Under the pieces are notes generated by a model. It was not told the DNA's origin, did not search any database, and saw nothing but the letters and a program-made list of their open reading frames with translations. Both the position numbers and the translations under genes were made by a program. Positions 9,094 through 21,909 of a DNA stretch of 64,000 nt are shown piece by piece. Position 1 is the first letter of the stretch. Each line of letters starts with the position of its first letter. Location: positions 96,001-160,000 of the forward strand of contig CAWFGO010000002.1 in NCBI GenBank assembly GCA_963815455.1. Reading direction: 5' to 3'. Source of the DNA: an uncultured Verrucomicrobiae bacterium. Lineage in GTDB: Bacteria; Verrucomicrobiota; Verrucomicrobiia; Chthoniobacterales; UBA10450.

Positions 9094-10302
9094 TTACTCA
9101 TCGTCATCTGCCGCGCCCAAGAGATCCTTAAACACCGGCTGCGGATTGCTCGGCAATTCTTCCACCTTTTGCAGCTTCTTTGTGATCGCGCGGGAGCGAA
9201 CATCGACGTCTTCCATTTTCCGCGCCGCTTGATCGAGCTTGTCTTTCACCGCGGATAGGGCATCGCCAAATTTTCCAAACTCGTTCTTCACCCCAGCGAG
9301 CAGGTTCCACACTTCGCTCGATCGCTTTTGAATTGCCAGGGTGCGAAAACCCATTTGCAAACTGTTGAGCAAGGCCACCAGCGTCGTTGGCCCCGCGAAA
9401 ACGACGCGACAATCGCGTTGCACCTGTTCCACCAGGCCTATGCGCCGAATCGCTTCCGCATAAAGCCCCTCCGTCGGTAAAAACATCAGCGCGAAATCGG
9501 TTGTGCGCGGCGGGTTGATATATTTCTGGCAAATATCTTTCGCGGATTTCTTCAGCTGTGTCTCCAGATTCTTCATTGCCTCGTCGACCGCGGGCAGATC
9601 GCCCTTCTCCTGCGCGCCGACCAATCGATGGTAATCTTCGATCGGAAACTTGGCGTCAATCGGCAGCCAGACCGGCGCGCCATTTTCGTCGCCCGGCAAT
9701 TTGATTGCGAACTCGACGTTCTCGCCGCTCTCTTCGCGCGTCTTCACGTTCCTTGCGAATTGATCGGACGTAAGCACTTGCTCGAGCAGATTGCCCAGTT
9801 GCACTTCGCCCCAGCCGCCGCGTGTTTTCACGTTGGCCAGCACTTTCTGGAGACCGCCGACATCACTCGCCAGTTGCTGCATCGCACCGAGACCTTGATG
9901 CACTTGTTCAAGCCGATCGCTTACGTGCTTAAACGCTTCTCCCAGTCTTTTCTCCAGGGTGCCTTGCAATTTTTCATCGACCGTCGCGCGCATCTTATCG
10001 ATCTGTCTGGCATTATCCTCCTGCAATTGCTTCAATCGAAGATCGACAATCGATCGCACCCCTTCGAGCGATTTCGTTAATTCTTCGCGCTGCGCTTTCG
10101 CCGCGCTGGCGTTCTCCTCCCGGCTGCGCGACATTTCCTCGCGCAGCATTCGCTCCTCGCGTTCCTGCGCGGTCTCGAGCAATCCGATTTTTCTTAACAG
10201 CACGCTTTCATCGTTGTGACCGCGGCGCGCCAGCAAAAAACTGATCGCAACCAGAATCGCGCCGCCAATCAAACCTATCACAAGGTGAAGCTGCGGACTC
10301 AT
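9094..10302 (-). CDS. rmuC: DNA recombination protein RmuC
   Basis: N-terminal TM and coiled coil; KTRGGWGEVQL, LPIDAKFP, TTDFALMFLPTEGLYAE. Confidence 0.95.
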   Translation of the reverse strand: MSPQLHLVIGLIGGAILVAISFLLARRGHNDESVLLRKIGLLETAQEREERMLREEMSRSREENASAAKAQREELTKSLEGVRSIVDLRLKQLQEDNARQIDKMRATVDEKLQGTLEKRLGEAFKHVSDRLEQVHQGLGAMQQLASDVGGLQKVLANVKTRGGWGEVQLGNLLEQVLTSDQFARNVKTREESGENVEFAIKLPGDENGAPVWLPIDAKFPIEDYHRLVGAQEKGDLPAVDEAMKNLETQLKKSAKDICQKYINPPRTTDFALMFLPTEGLYAEAIRRIGLVEQVQRDCRVVFAGPTTLVALLNSLQMGFRTLAIQKRSSEVWNLLAGVKNEFGKFGDALSAVKDKLDQAARKMEDVDVRSRAITKKLQKVEELPSNPQPVFKDLLGAADDDE

Positions 10303-10376
10303 GCGAGCGTAAGGTAGCACAACCGCCCCGCTTGTGATTACAAAGTCGCAATCCAGAGGCTTGAGCTACTCCCAAC

Positions 10377-10473
10377 AGCGCACCTTCGTTCCCTATACGC
10401 CGCGCGGCCCAATGCGGGGAATCCGAAAACCTCCGCGTAATGGTCCTCTGTCAGATTGTCGATCCAGCCGAAA
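10377..10473 (-). pseudogene. Remnant 3' end of a btuB-like receptor gene
   Basis: FGWIDNLTEDHYAEVFGFPALGRAAY matches FGRIDNLTNEHYAEVLGFPSLGRAAY at the C-terminus of 17083-19164. Confidence 0.85.
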
Positions 10474-10487
10474 TCTGACAGGCAAAA

Positions 10488-10567
10488 GGGTTCAACTACG
10501 CTCGGTAGGCCATCTTTCGGTCCATCAGCGTAGCCGGCTAGGGAAGGCCTCTTCCTGACCGCCCTTT
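10488..10567 (-). mobile_element. Possible orphan IS110-family non-coding end (bridge-RNA-like remnant)
   Basis: Structured non-coding stretch ggcggtcagg..ccggctacgctgatgg..agcgtagttgaaccc (ctacgct/agcgtag stem). Resemblance to IS110 leaders is from memory, not a search. Confidence 0.35.
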
Positions 10568-10569
10568 GA

Positions 10570-10980
10570 TCAGTGCGACGATGTGAGGTCTGGTCCGCGC
10601 GCAAATGGGCGGCGTCTCCACGTCGCAGTTGAGTGGGGCCATTTTAGCCAACCCAGCGCTTCGAGCGCTCGCAACATGACTTGGGCGCGGGTACAGAGGT
10701 GCAATCGGGCTAGAATCGACTCCACATGATGAGCCACGGTGCGAGAACTGACACCAATGATGATCGACAACTCCTCATTGGTCTTGCCGTGAGCAAGCCA
10801 AAAGGCAATTTCTGCCTGGCGACCAGTCAAACCGAGAGCTCTCAGAGCTGCAAGGTCGTCCGGCAAAGGACTGTCGCCATTACAACTGTTCGAATCGCTC
10901 ATGGTTGGCGGCGCAACGCCGAGAACGTGGCCGTTGTGGTCGCGGTGACCGTTTTGATTCTTGGTGAAGCCTACCTTCAT
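10570..10980 (-). CDS. LuxR-family HTH regulator (no receiver domain)
   Basis: LTGRQAEIAFWLAHGKTNEELSIIIGVSSRTVAHHVESILARL. Confidence 0.88.
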   Translation of the reverse strand: MKVGFTKNQNGHRDHNGHVLGVAPPTMSDSNSCNGDSPLPDDLAALRALGLTGRQAEIAFWLAHGKTNEELSIIIGVSSRTVAHHVESILARLHLCTRAQVMLRALEALGWLKWPHSTATWRRRPFARGPDLTSSH

Positions 10981-10989
10981 CGAATCCCG

Positions 10990-13668
<2,679 letters not shown>

Positions 13669-13769
13669 ATGGGTCTCCACCAGCTAACCGCGCCATTTGC
13701 CGGCGAAAACGGACAGTCCTCGAAAGTACTTCCGCTTTTTTCTGTAAAAGGTTAAAATCGGCCTAGCAA

Positions 13770-14345
13770 ATGAGCGCGCTCCCCGCACAAGAAGTCACCC
13801 AAATCCTCCAGGAATGGAGTCAAGGGGACCAAGACGCGCCCAACCGGCTTATGCCGCTGGTGTATGAAGATCTGCGCCGGCGGGCCGCGGAATATCTACG
13901 GCGCGAACGGCCAGACCACACCCTGCAAGCAACCGCGCTGGTGCACGAAGCGTACTTGAAACTGGTCGATCAAACCCGCGCGAATTGGAAAGACCGGGCG
14001 CACTTTGCCAGCGTCGCTGCCAAACTGATGCGGCGCATCCTTGTCCAGCATGCCCGCGACCACAACCGGGAGAAACGCAGCGGCAAATGGGAAAAAGTCT
14101 ATCTCGATGAAACGAGGGAGCTGGCCTGTGAGCGGTCGCTCGACCTTATCGCCGTAGACGATGCGTTGAAAAATTTTGCCACCACTTATCCGCGTGAAGG
14201 CACGGTAGTGGAATTGAAATTTTTCGGCGGCCTCGAGGCCAAGGAAATCGCCGAAGTGCTGGATGTCTCCTCTAAAACCGTTTTACGCGATTGGAATTTT
14301 GCCAAGCTCTGGCTCCGCCGGGAGCTCACCGGAAACGCGGCGTGA
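13770..14345 (+). CDS. ECF sigma factor, TIGR02999 (Planctomycete/Verrucomicrobia) type
   Basis: LMPLVYEDLRR, HTLQATALVHEAYL, VVELKFFGGL, RDWNFAKLWL. Confidence 0.93.
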   Translation: MSALPAQEVTQILQEWSQGDQDAPNRLMPLVYEDLRRRAAEYLRRERPDHTLQATALVHEAYLKLVDQTRANWKDRAHFASVAAKLMRRILVQHARDHNREKRSGKWEKVYLDETRELACERSLDLIAVDDALKNFATTYPREGTVVELKFFGGLEAKEIAEVLDVSSKTVLRDWNFAKLWLRRELTGNAA

Positions 14346-14367
14346 GAAAGCGCCTTTGCGGAGAATG

Positions 14368-14505
14368 ACCACGGATTACACGGATGGTCGCGGATGTTCT
14401 GAAAAAAACGATTTGAATTGAAGCAAGGTGGCGACTGATTTTCACAAATTAGAGAGACGAGTCTCTTCAGTATATATCCGTGTTGATCCGCGTAATCCGC
14501 GGTTA
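14368..14505. repeat. Inverted arrays of 9-bp CACGGAT-type repeats
   Basis: accacggattacacggatggtcgcggat ... atccgtgttgatccgcgtaatccgcggtt. Confidence 0.7.
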
Positions 14506-14510
14506 ATCCA

Positions 14511-17067
14511 ATGACCTCGTCGGAGCGAGCAGAACGCCTTGCCGAACTTGTTAAATCCGCGATCGAGCGCGATCCGCGGGAATGGCCATCGTTTCTGGAC
14601 GACACATGTGGTTCCGACGCCGGCTTGCGGGCGGAAGTGGAGTCGCTGCTTAAACATCATCAAGCCGCGGATCAATTCATTGAAGAACCGGCCCTGCATC
14701 TTGCCGCCGAATCCTTCGTGCGCGATACCGGCGCCTACCGGGCCGGACAAATAATTGGTGATTACGAAATTCTGTCGCTCATCGGCAGTGGCGGAATGGG
14801 CGAAGTTTATCTCGCGCAGGATCGACAACTGCATCGCAAAGCCGCGCTCAAGCTCATTCGCCGTGGAATGGACTCGGACGATATCATTCGTCACTTCCAA
14901 CGCGAAGAGCGTCTCCTGGCCGGTCTTAATCATCCGAATATCTCTCAGCTCTACGGCGGCGGCGTGACCGCCGATGGGATTCCGTTTTTCGCCATGGAAT
15001 ATGTCGAGGGCGAGCGACTGGATCAGTATTGCAATGAGCGCCAGCTTGCAACCGAGGAGCGACTCCAACTCTTTCGCAAGGTTTGCTCAGCCGTCACTTA
15101 CGCGCACCAGCACCTGGTCATTCACCGCGACATCAAACCAGCGAACATTCGCGTCACCGCCGAGGGCGAACCGAAGCTGCTCGACTTCGGCATTGCGAAA
15201 CTTCTGGACTCGGAGAGCGCGCAAAGCAGCGGCCAGACTCTCACGCTCCAGGGCGTAATGACACCTGAGTACGCCAGCCCGGAACAAGTTGCCGGCGGAA
15301 GCATGACGACGGCGAGCGATGTCTATAGTCTCGGCGTTGTTCTTTACGAACTGCTTACGGGACAGAAACCGTATCAAGATCGACAGTCGCACACCGACGA
15401 ACATCGCCCGCGCCATCACAGAACAAGAACCGTCCCGGCCGAGCACTGCAATTTCAACCGCAACATCCGGTTCACAATTCACACATCACGATTCACGATC
15501 TCTCCGCGGCGATCTCGACAACATCGTGCTCATGGCGATGCGCAAAGAATTTTCTCGCCGTTACGCCTCGGTCGCGCAGTTTTCCGAAGACATTCGTCGC
15601 CACCTCGAGGGGCTGCCCGTTATTGCGCGAAAGGACACTTGGAGTTATCGCGGCGGCAAATTTGTCAGACGAAACAAAATCGGCGTGGCCGCGGCGGTGC
15701 TCGTCGCTTTGACGCTGATCGGTGGCATCATCGCGACAGCCTGGCAGGCGAAGAGAGCTCTTGCTCAAGCGCGAATCGCAGCCGAGCAGCGTGACCGCGC
15801 GCAAAGACAAGCGGCCAAGGCGGAACGGGTGACCACGTTCGTGCAAAACGTGCTGGGCTTTTCCGATCCGGGTTGGGCTTCGTCGAACCCGCAGAGAAAC
15901 CGGGACGCCACCATTGCAGAAGCTTTGATCGAAGCGGCTCGGCGCGCCGAGACGGAGTTGGCGGAGGAGCCGGAAGCGCTCGCGGCGGTCCACTTCACTA
16001 TTGGAAACACCTACAGAGTTCAAAGCAAGTTCCCTGAAGCCGAGCCTCATTTGCGGAAGGCATTGGAGATCCGGCGCCGCGTGCTCGGCGACAAACATCC
16101 GGAGACGGCGCAAAGCATGGTCGCCGTGGCCGAATGGTGTGTGCTCCGCGGTCAGCATAATCCTGAAGCGGACTCGCTCTACCGCGAGGCCATCCCAATC
16201 TTTCGTGCCGCACGTGATGCGAAATGGCTCGCCATCGCCCTTAACGATTATGGGGTCCTCAAGTCGAGCACCGGGGATTACGCGGCGGCCGAGACGCTCT
16301 TGCGTGAAGGCTTGGAAGTTTCTGCCGAATTGAGAGGCGTAGAGCGTGCGCCAAGAGCGATCATGTACAGCGCGCTGGGCGCGGCACGGTGTCAGCAAGG
16401 CGATTTCACCCAAGGCGCTGAGCTCCTGCAGAAATCAATTGATGAATTCCGCGCCTTGCCGGGGGAGCCGCGTTCGGAGCTGGCCTTCGCGCTTAGTACT
16501 CTCGGCAACGTTCGACTAATCCAGGGTGACTATGACACGGCTGAATCCTTTCTGCGGGAGGCGTTTGAGCTTTTTCGAAAAACGGTGGGCGAAAATCATC
16601 AATTCAGCGCCGGCCCGCTGATCATTCTGGCCGAGCTTTATTACAAGCGAGAGAACTACGAAAAGGCGCGGAGTGAAATTGAGCATGCGATGCAGATCCA
16701 GAAAAACGCGCTTCCGGCCGACCACATCGATCTCACCTGGTCACGTCTCACGCTGGGGAAGATTCTCACCCGAACCGGCGCTCTGGAAGCGGCCGAACGT
16801 TGCCTTAGAACCGTTTTGGAAAAGTTGGCCAAATTACTTCCACAGGACCACCCAAATGCGGCTGCGGCCCGAGGCGCGCTCGGCGAATGTCTAGTTCTGA
16901 AAAAGCACTACGCCGAAGCAGAGCCGCTTCTGCTCGATTGTCACAAGATCTTTCAAGCGCGCTTCGGTCCTGCCGATCCTCGAACCAAGACTGCGAAGGA
17001 GCGTCTCGTCAAACTTTACGAAGCCTGGGGAAAACCGGAGAGCGCGGCACCCTATCGCACTTCATAG
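14511..17067 (+). CDS. Ser/Thr protein kinase with TM and TPR repeats (one frameshift ~15376)
   Basis: GSGGMGEVY, HRDIKPAN, DFG, TPEYASPE. Joins ORF 15319-17067 (KIDSRTP..LRGDLDNIV, TM, TPRs). Confidence 0.9.
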
Positions 17068-17082
17068 AACAGCGATTCGGGG

Positions 17083-19164
17083 CTAAAATCGTATCTTCAT
17101 TCCTCCGTAGGCCGCCCGCCCCAGAGACGGGAAACCAAGCACTTCCGCATAGTGTTCATTCGTTAGGTTATCGATTCGACCAAAAAGCGAGACATGCGGA
17201 TTGAAATCGTATTCCGCCGCGAAATTCACAAAGTTGTAATCTTCGATGTCGCGATTTGGCCCAAAGAAATTGGCGTTGATCTCTTCACGAGCATTCACCC
17301 ATTTGGCCGACAGCGTCGTGCGCAATCTGTTGCACCACAGATAGCTCGCCGACGCGTAGACCTCATTTCGTGGCCGGCGCGGCAGACGCGAGCCTTTCGG
17401 CGCGCCCACATCCGCCCCCGATGTTTTCTCGGTGTCGAGGTAAGTGTAGGCGCCGCTGAAAATGAGATTTGGGATCGGATTTGCCCGCAATTCCACTTCG
17501 ACCCCCTGCGTCTCGGCCGACCCAAGATTCAATGTCTCGAAAAGTCCGCTGAATCCGATGAGGTTCGACAAATCGTTATGAAAATAGGTCGCGCCGATCG
17601 TTATTTTCTTTTCCCAAAAACGCTGCTCGACGCCTGCATCCCAGCCCAGGCCCTCTTCCGGCTCGAGCGGCGGCAATGGCGCCATCGGATCCGGATTGAA
17701 CCGAAAGATCTTGTCCTGGCTGCTCGGCGGACTGAATCCTCTCGCCACGCTCGAATGCAGCGTCGTGTCGGTTTGGTCGATCTTGTAGCTGCCGGCAAGA
17801 CGGTAGGTCCATATGCCGCCAAACTGATTGAACGAATCGTGACGTCCGCCGGCGACCAGAATGAGCTCTTCCACCGGCTTGATCATGACCTGAAGGAATT
17901 CGCCGGTTTGTTTGGTGTGATCGCTCAGAAACGTTTCGCCAAAAAGCACGTGCGGACGCTCCTGTTCCGCATCCACCTCATTATAAAAGAACCCCGAAGT
18001 CAGAGTCAGCCACGATGCCGGATGCAGATCGTTCTGATAGTCGATCGTCTTGCGCGTGAACAACGCCCGCGTCGGGCCGACAAATCCGTCATCATTCGGA
18101 TCGTTGACCTGGCGTTCCTCGTCGTAACTGAAAATGAACCGATGATTCCACCAGTCTTCGATGTGAACATCGATATGCGGCGCGATCAGCCAGCGTTCGG
18201 TCAGGAAATTATCGCGAGGCCGGGGATCGGAAACGGTGTTTGGTAACCCGATATCGCTTAACGAATAGGTAAACAGCGTGCTGAATCGCAATGCCTCATT
18301 CGGACTGTATCCAACCTCACCGAGCACCGCGGTGTTGCGATACTGATTGTTCGGACGCGCGTTATCGGTATCGAGACGACTGACTCCCAGGGAATAATCC
18401 AGCTCGCCGGGCTCGCCGCCGGGCGAATCCGCTGGAATGGCAAACTTGCCGTCGCTGTGCAGCCATTCCCGAAATGTTCCATACGAACCGCCTTCACCCG
18501 CCAGCGTGATCCCCGGCGAACCATCTCCACGCTTGGTGAACATTTGAATCACCCCCGCCAGCGCCCGCGGCCCATAAATCGTACTTTGCGGGCCCCGCAC
18601 GACCTCGATGCGATCAATATCGTCGGTGGTAAAATCGGCGAAATTGAAGGCGCCCTGAAGCCCCTGGTTGATCGGAACGCCGTCCAGCAGGACCTGGGTA
18701 TGCTCGCTGCGCAACCCGCGCGTAAACACAGATGTGAGCTGGCCGGGCACCCCGGTTTGCACGACCGACAGACCCGGCACCTCCCGAAGCGCGTCACTTA
18801 CCCGTTCGATCTGCTTAACATCGAAATCCTGTGATGTGATCTCACTGACGCTGGAGGGCGATTGATCCAACGGAATCTCATTTCGGGTTGCTGAGACAAC
18901 AACTCGTGCCGCTTCCGCCTCCCCGTTGGCGTTCACCGATGCGGAACTCGCCTGGGCCAGGCGCGCGGAGGTAGCGATGAACAACATAAAAACCAGGAGC
19001 GCGACTTCTGAGAAGCGCACAGCCTGCCCGCCCGTGTGCGGGCGGCTCGCGTGCACTTTCCGGCGGCTCGCCGGAAAGAATGTGTTTGGCCAGCCGCCAA
19101 ACACGACACGCCGGCGGCGTGTGCTCCCCAGACAACAGAAACAAAATAACAGGCGATTTTGCAT
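17083..19164 (-). CDS. btuB: TonB-dependent receptor, likely cobalamin (BtuB-like)
   Basis: Plug motifs VLLDGVPI and IEVVRGPQSTIYG, C-terminal Phe, GGAGG RBS, upstream B12 riboswitch. Confidence 0.85.
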   Translation of the reverse strand: MQNRLLFCFCCLGSTRRRRVVFGGWPNTFFPASRRKVHASRPHTGGQAVRFSEVALLVFMLFIATSARLAQASSASVNANGEAEAARVVVSATRNEIPLDQSPSSVSEITSQDFDVKQIERVSDALREVPGLSVVQTGVPGQLTSVFTRGLRSEHTQVLLDGVPINQGLQGAFNFADFTTDDIDRIEVVRGPQSTIYGPRALAGVIQMFTKRGDGSPGITLAGEGGSYGTFREWLHSDGKFAIPADSPGGEPGELDYSLGVSRLDTDNARPNNQYRNTAVLGEVGYSPNEALRFSTLFTYSLSDIGLPNTVSDPRPRDNFLTERWLIAPHIDVHIEDWWNHRFIFSYDEERQVNDPNDDGFVGPTRALFTRKTIDYQNDLHPASWLTLTSGFFYNEVDAEQERPHVLFGETFLSDHTKQTGEFLQVMIKPVEELILVAGGRHDSFNQFGGIWTYRLAGSYKIDQTDTTLHSSVARGFSPPSSQDKIFRFNPDPMAPLPPLEPEEGLGWDAGVEQRFWEKKITIGATYFHNDLSNLIGFSGLFETLNLGSAETQGVEVELRANPIPNLIFSGAYTYLDTEKTSGADVGAPKGSRLPRRPRNEVYASASYLWCNRLRTTLSAKWVNAREEINANFFGPNRDIEDYNFVNFAAEYDFNPHVSLFGRIDNLTNEHYAEVLGFPSLGRAAYGGMKIRF
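19011..19129. repeat. GGAG double-hairpin REP pair in frame within the btuB signal-peptide region
   Basis: Minus strand GGGGAGCACACGCCGCCGGCGTGT-CGTGTTTGGCGGCTGGCCAAACAC with an inverted partner. Confidence 0.75.
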
Positions 19165-19214
19165 AACAAGTTTCCTCCAACTCCAGAGAGTCGGACTTGT
19201 TTGCTTCTTTGGTT

Positions 19215-19330
19215 CGACGGTCAGAGACCGCCGCTACAAAAAGCGCATCGCCCAGCTCTCATTCCTCTTTTTGCGAAGAAGTTTTTTCGCGGGCCCCAGC
19301 AGAAGGTCGACGGTCATAGACCGCCGCTAC
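19215..19330 (-). repeat. Two direct GTAG REPs (GTAGCGGCGGTCTCTGACCGTCG)
   Basis: Copies at 19215-19237 and 19308-19330; same as 22982-23053. Confidence 0.85.
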
Positions 19331-19349
19331 CGAAAACACACGAATGAGA

Positions 19350-19600
19350 TGGACCAGTCGAATATTCTGGCTCCTGGCATCTGGAGCGGTTGAGTGTTCT
19401 TGGTTGAGTGTTGAGAGAATCAAGAAAGCCTTTCGGCTGCACTCAACTCTCAACCCTCATCCCTCAACCATCTCCGCCCTTCTTCCCGCCTTCACCCCCG
19501 AATGCTTTCGGGGATTGGCCGTGGGAAGTTGTATCCAGTTACAGCAGCGCAACTGCTCCCGGTTTACACGGGATTTCTCGCGCCGATCCACTTTTTCAAG
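19350..19600 (-). ncRNA. Cobalamin riboswitch
   Basis: gagaaatcccgtgtaaaccgggagcagttgcgctgctgtaa ... gggaag ... B12-box-like gagccagaatattc, upstream of the receptor. Confidence 0.8.
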
Positions 19601-19683
19601 CTCGCAAAGAACTAGATCGACAACTAGCCGCCGCCGCTTCTCAGCTCAAGACAAATCTGATCAGTCGCGCTATAATTGCCGCC

Positions 19684-20643
19684 GTGCTCTCAACTAATCC
19701 CAAACCGAACCTGGTCGTCACCGGTGGCGCCGGCTTCATCGGCTCCAATCTTACGCTGGCGCTGCAAGAGCGATTCCCAGGCGCGCGCCTGACGGTGATC
19801 GACGATTTCCGTTCCGGCGACTTTAAGAACCTCGCCGGCTACACTGGCGATTTCGTGGCCCAAAACCTGGCCACGTTCGATTGGCGCGAACAATTCGGCG
19901 ATCCGGCAGCTGCCGGATTCGACGCGATTTTCCATCTGGCATCGATCACCGATACAACTAATCACGATCAGTTGGAACAAACACATGACAACGTCGAGAG
20001 CTTCCGGCGCATTCTGAATTTTGCGCGGTCAACCCAGACGCGAATCATTTACGCCTCGTCTGCTTCCATTTATGGCGCCGCCAGCGATCCCAGTGCCGAA
20101 TCGAACGGCGCGGCCCCGGCAAACATTTATGCGTTTTCGAAAGCGATCATGGACAACATCGCGATGCGGGAAGCCAGCGAGAATCCCGAATGGATAATTG
20201 TTGGCCTGCGTTACTTCAACGTCTACGGACCGCGCGAAGCGCACAAGGGCGTGCCCGCGAGTATGGTTTATCATCTCGCCCAACAAATGAAAGCCGGTCG
20301 GCGGCCGCGCATTTTCAAACAAGGCGATCAAAAACGCGATTTTGTGTATGTGAAAGACGTGGTCGAAGGAAGCATTCGCGCGCTCAATGCCGAGACCAGC
20401 GGAATTTACAATCTCGGCTGCGGTCAGGCGCGCTCGTTTAACGAACTAGTTGACGTTCTAAATCGAACTTTGGGCACACATTTTCAGCCCGATTACATCG
20501 ACAATCCCCACGCTCACTATCAAAATTTTACGCAAGCTGATCTCACGAGGGTGCGGAGCGCGCTCGGCTACGAGCCACGATTTCCGCTCGAAGAGGGCGT
20601 GCGCGACTACATGCAGTGGCTGTACGGAGGTCAGGCTACCTAG
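19684..20643 (+). CDS. hldD: ADP-L-glycero-D-manno-heptose 6-epimerase
   Basis: VTGGAGFIGSN, YASSASIYG, NIYAFSK, GLRYFNVYGPREAHKG, RDFVYVKD, YQNFTQAD. GTG start inferred. Confidence 0.9.
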   Translation: MLSTNPKPNLVVTGGAGFIGSNLTLALQERFPGARLTVIDDFRSGDFKNLAGYTGDFVAQNLATFDWREQFGDPAAAGFDAIFHLASITDTTNHDQLEQTHDNVESFRRILNFARSTQTRIIYASSASIYGAASDPSAESNGAAPANIYAFSKAIMDNIAMREASENPEWIIVGLRYFNVYGPREAHKGVPASMVYHLAQQMKAGRRPRIFKQGDQKRDFVYVKDVVEGSIRALNAETSGIYNLGCGQARSFNELVDVLNRTLGTHFQPDYIDNPHAHYQNFTQADLTRVRSALGYEPRFPLEEGVRDYMQWLYGGQAT

Positions 20644-20676
20644 CCTGACTCGGCCGACAGGCAGCTTGCCTGTCGA
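20626..20676 (+). repeat. GGAG double-hairpin REP overlapping the hldD stop codon
   Basis: GGAG-gtcaggct(acct)agcctgac-tcggc-cgacaggc(agctt)gcctgtcg. Confidence 0.7.
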
Positions 20677-20711
20677 ACTGGCGAACCCAAGTTCAGCAGG
20701 CTGGCAGCCTA

Positions 20712-21182
20712 TCATCCGGCCAGATCGCGAAACGCTTTTTCCGACATCTGGAGCTCGTGCCATTCATTGTCGATCTTTGCCCCGAGCCGTTCATAAAACT
20801 GGATGCTGCGATGGTTCCATTTCGCGACCCACCATTTGATCACGCCACAACCGGTCCGGATCGCTTCCTTCGCGACCGCTTTCATTAAAAGCTCGCCGAG
20901 CCCCTTGCTGCGGTGCGCCTTGGCAACATAAAGCTCCTTAATGATGATGTTCGGCCTCGCGCGGTATGTGAACGGAACAAAATGATAAACAAGGATCCCG
21001 ACCAGCTGGCCGTTCTCTTCGGCGACGAGACAATGGAAATCAGGCGGCGATTGGCGAAACCCTTGCTCGCGCAACGTCTCTTTCGTCACCGCGAAATCTT
21101 TGTCATATTTTTCGAACTCGGCCAGCTCACGCATGAGCGGAAGCAGATTGGGAACGTCGGCTTCGACTGCTTTTCTAATCAT
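20712..21182 (-). CDS. GNAT N-acetyltransferase (diamine acetyltransferase-like)
   Basis: LMRELAEFEK, ELYVAKAHRSKGLG, WNHRSIQFYERLG. Confidence 0.9.
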   Translation of the reverse strand: MIRKAVEADVPNLLPLMRELAEFEKYDKDFAVTKETLREQGFRQSPPDFHCLVAEENGQLVGILVYHFVPFTYRARPNIIIKELYVAKAHRSKGLGELLMKAVAKEAIRTGCGVIKWWVAKWNHRSIQFYERLGAKIDNEWHELQMSEKAFRDLAG

Positions 21183-21205
21183 GGGAGCTACCATCTATGC
21201 AGCAT

Positions 21206-21334
21206 TGTCATCCTGAGCGAAGTCGCCTGCCGCGCCGTAGCTTTATGCGAAGGCGGGAAGGATCCGCTGCGTTAGCTTTAAGGTTTCATCACGGGATTCC
21301 TCAACCCCGAAAACATTCGGGGCTCGGAATGACA
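21206..21334. repeat. GTCAT-family element with nested mini-elements
   Basis: tgtcatcctgagcgaagtc[...]ctcggaatgaca. Confidence 0.85.
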
Positions 21335-21339
21335 GAAGA

Positions 21340-21750
21340 TCACCCTTCCCAGAAAAACTTCGTCGGGCGATTAATTTCCGGCGGCAGACTCTTGTGCACT
21401 GGGCAATTGAGCGCGGTCTGCTCCAGCGTCTGGCGATGCGGCGAACTTGCCGGCAACGGAATGTGAACCTCGGAAGGCAATCCGACGATCCGCCGCGGCG
21501 CGTCCTTCGACATCTCCTTCGTCACCGACACTTTCATTCCACGAAGATCGACGCCGAGCTCTTCCGCTTTGATTCCCATGGTGGTACTGATGCATGTCCC
21601 CAACGCGGTGGCCACCAGATCGGTCGGCGAAAACGCTTCGCCTTTGCCTTTGTTATCCGTCGGCGCATCGGTCGCGATCTTTGATTGGGAAGGCCCATGC
21701 GTGGCATCGCAATGCAAACCGCCGGTGTAACTCACATCAACTTTAACCAT
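21340..21750 (-). CDS. OsmC family protein
   Basis: TDAPTDNKGKGEAFSPTDL..ALGTC; CPVHKSL. Confidence 0.92.
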   Translation of the reverse strand: MVKVDVSYTGGLHCDATHGPSQSKIATDAPTDNKGKGEAFSPTDLVATALGTCISTTMGIKAEELGVDLRGMKVSVTKEMSKDAPRRIVGLPSEVHIPLPASSPHRQTLEQTALNCPVHKSLPPEINRPTKFFWEG

Positions 21751-21797
21751 TCGCGAATATGCGGCGCGTCGCTGAATTACGCAACGGGTGCTCACGT

Positions 21798-21902
21798 TGT
21801 CATCCTGAGCGGAGCGAAGGATCTCGCGACGGTCGATAGATCACGCGAATTCGGGTGCCGCTGGCTTCGACTGTGAGGTCCCTCGCTAGGCTCGGGATGA
21901 CA
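21798..21902. repeat. GTCAT-family palindromic element
   Basis: tgtcatcctgagcggagcgaaggatctc...gaggtccctcgctaggctcgggatgaca. Confidence 0.85.
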
Positions 21903-21909
21903 AGGCAGC

